This document shows, piece after piece, positions 61,816-64,000 of a stretch of 64,000 nucleotides of DNA. Made by a program: the position numbers and the translations under genes. Numbering within the stretch: position 1 is the first letter of the stretch; each line of letters begins with the position of its first letter. The notes under the pieces were generated by a model. The model ran no database searches. It saw only the letters and a list, made by a program, of their open reading frames with translations, and was not told the origin of the DNA. The DNA comes from an uncultured bacterium (GTDB lineage: Bacteria > Babelota > Babeliae > Babelales > Babelaceae): assembly GCA_963848965.1 (NCBI GenBank), contig CAWKFG010000004.1:416001-480000 (forward strand). Direction: 5' to 3'.

Positions 61816-64000
61816 ATGAAAAAGATAAGCATATCGCTTTTAGGTACTATACTGCTTATTGGTATATCAATAAGTGCTATGGAACCAGATCCGAGAAAAG
61901 TAAATTCTCATCAATCAGAGACATTAAAAAGAGTAAAAAATACTATACGAAAAGTTAATGAATCAGTAGATCTTAAAAAGCTCCTTATTCGTATTGTAGA
62001 AATTGTTACAGACTTTGTAGATGATAAAGATATAACGTGGGAACAAGTCGCTCTTTTAAATGATTGTATACAAAACAAAAAGCTAGAAGAGCTTGATGGT
62101 AAATATATTAATCTTGAGAAATTTAAGGTTCTAAGGCTAAGAGTTGGCATGGGTCAAACACCAACAAAAGCAGAGCTATTTGAAGCAATTAAAATCAACA
62201 GAGTTATAGAGCTCTTCGGTTACGAACCTGAAAGAGTATTGAGATATGTCAATCCTGAACAGCTTGCACGTGTTGTCTGGGATCACTATAGTAAAGATGG
62301 TGAATTGAAACCAGAAGTTATGCAAGCAGTTCTTGAAAATGGTATAGAAGTAGAAAGGCTTCCAGAGCTGTTACGACAAGATCAGCTCAATACCATAAAA
62401 AAATATTTCCATCCTGGCAAACTGCTTAAGCTTATTGCTGTTGATTATAGTAAGGGTACTATCAGCAAAGAAGAGTTTGTTAAAACATTGAGATTGAAAG
62501 AGTTAGTACAAGAATTTAGTCCATTAAGAGAATATGGCATCAAGCTTGAAAATTATGTTGACCTTGAAAGATGCACACTCAATCTCATAGAGTTTGGCGG
62601 TATGTGGCTCAACAATCGTCTTAATAGAAAAGAGATGCTTGTTACTCTGAAGAATTCTATTAAAGGAAAAGCATGTGCTGAAGCCGTCGGAGTAAACGAA
62701 GATATTTTAAGAAAATATATTTTCTGCGATGACTTTGAGCGTCTTATAGATAAAGTCATTGAAGGTAATCGAGTTACTAAAAGAGAGTTTTTAGGTATAT
62801 TTAACGTTCGAGCACTTGAACATGCAGGTATAAGTATAGAAATACTTGAATATTATATAAACTTTAAAGAGCTTGTAGAGGTCTTTAATGATCTTCCTAC
62901 AGAGAAGCTTATTACTCGACAAAGAGTTTTAGGCATCTTTAATATACAGCAGCTCGAAGAAGACTTATGTTTACCACAAGGAACAGTAGAAAGTATATTA
63001 GATCCAAGAGTTCCTGTAGCATATCAGCAAAGTAGATTAGAGCGGTTTATGGATAGATTTGATCCAGAAACATTATACAAAGTACGAGATCGGCTTTTGA
63101 GAATGGGACTTCCGCTTATTGCTCTCTGGTCTTTAGGACATGCAATTTGCCATCCATGTATGGAAGCCTTTGAACCACAATCATTTAAGGCAGGTATGAG
63201 TTTATTTGCACTTACTGGATTAGGTATGTTTGTAACTACGCGTGTTATTCCACAGCCACTACCATGTATAAGAACACTGACACTTAATACGTTAGTTCCG
63301 CGATTTACACGGTGGATGTTCGGCAACGATGACAAAACAACAGCTAAAGATCTTATTGATGCTACACATCCACTGTACAAAGAATTTGATGCCTTTGCAG
63401 ATAGTTTAGAAGAAAAGCATATCAAAGCATTACCACAGCCTTATATTCTTGGCCTTGCTCAACATAATCCAAGTTTGTTAAAGAGCCTTACTAACTGTAG
63501 ATGCAAGAGAAGCGTTCGCTCTCTTTCTAACTGCCAGTGCGGCGGCCTAGAAGAAGAGAATCATCCGTGCTTCATTTGCAGATTAAATCACAATCAACTA
63601 GAGCAATTGTGGACCCTTATTGAAAAAACAGAACTCTTAGAAAAGCTTAATGTAGAACTTCCTAATTTTGTTTGTTACTACAACTTTATACACAGCTTAA
63701 CGCTTGAACAAATAACGGAGATTGCTAAGATAAAGGAGTTTAAAGAAGCTAAAACAGAAAGTATTCTTGTTGCAGGACAAACTGATCCAGAAAGCTTGCT
63801 TAACGACAATAACATTAGCGAGATCCTTACTGTTGATCAAAGAAAGCTTTTAGCAGAGATTATTACAAAGACAGCTATTTTTAACGCACTAGAATCAGGA
63901 CGTATAGGATTCAAGGACTATACACAGTTTATTGAATCACTTACAACAGCACAGATACAGCTTCTATCTGAAGACATATTTGTAAATGCTCAAAATAATC
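61816..64000 (+). CDS. Large secreted hypothetical protein, runs off the window end
   Basis: GGAGG RBS; MKKISISLLGTILLIGISISAMEPDP; open to 64000; hydrophobic pair near 63110-63250, Cys-rich patch near 63495-63580. Confidence 0.8.
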   Translation, partial: MKKISISLLGTILLIGISISAMEPDPRKVNSHQSETLKRVKNTIRKVNESVDLKKLLIRIVEIVTDFVDDKDITWEQVALLNDCIQNKKLEELDGKYINLEKFKVLRLRVGMGQTPTKAELFEAIKINRVIELFGYEPERVLRYVNPEQLARVVWDHYSKDGELKPEVMQAVLENGIEVERLPELLRQDQLNTIKKYFHPGKLLKLIAVDYSKGTISKEEFVKTLRLKELVQEFSPLREYGIKLENYVDLERCTLNLIEFGGMWLNNRLNRKEMLVTLKNSIKGKACAEAVGVNEDILRKYIFCDDFERLIDKVIEGNRVTKREFLGIFNVRALEHAGISIEILEYYINFKELVEVFNDLPTEKLITRQRVLGIFNIQQLEEDLCLPQGTVESILDPRVPVAYQQSRLERFMDRFDPETLYKVRDRLLRMGLPLIALWSLGHAICHPCMEAFEPQSFKAGMSLFALTGLGMFVTTRVIPQPLPCIRTLTLNTLVPRFTRWMFGNDDKTTAKDLIDATHPLYKEFDAFADSLEEKHIKALPQPYILGLAQHNPSLLKSLTNCRCKRSVRSLSNCQCGGLEEENHPCFICRLNHNQLEQLWTLIEKTELLEKLNVELPNFVCYYNFIHSLTLEQITEIAKIKEFKEAKTESILVAGQTDPESLLNDNNISEILTVDQRKLLAEIITKTAIFNALESGRIGFKDYTQFIESLTTAQIQLLSEDIFVNAQNN

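Noticed and set aside
494..63425. Many 60-130 aa ORFs antisense to or nested in longer genes
   Set aside because: Shadow ORFs with no RBS or motif support

Overview
AT-rich bacterial chromosome segment. Gene content (many signal-peptide ankyrin/WD40/LRR proteins, a MutS-like ATPase, DUF2608, split atp operon) suggests an intracellular protist-infecting lineage such as Ca. Dependentiae/TM6; this is inference only. Bases ~40-64 kb are mostly housekeeping: atpE-F'-F-H-A, dNK, recD2, amidase, ABC exporter, hss, rpsF/rpsR, ftsY. Bases ~1-40 kb are accessory and end at tRNA-Arg(TCT) at 39879-39955 (-). Main observation: downstream of this tRNA are nine direct copies (one partial) of an att-like site with the 31-bp core TGGTGTCCCCTGCTATACATGTTTCGGAACC. 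Its left arm matches the tRNA 3' end plus flank. The sites cut ~21 kb into 1.3-3.8 kb cassettes of TA, Abi, Fic, ATPase and effector-like genes, and no recombinase is present in the window. The sites vary mostly at third codon positions of one reading frame, as expected for vestiges of a recombinase C-terminus. An IS110 element sits in the middle of one site, and its bridge RNA guides can be read directly. Also present: an IscB/omegaRNA element inserted between the RBS and ATG of a multicopper oxidase, a group II intron in a yhcG pseudogene, and an orphan lasso-peptide-like precursor.
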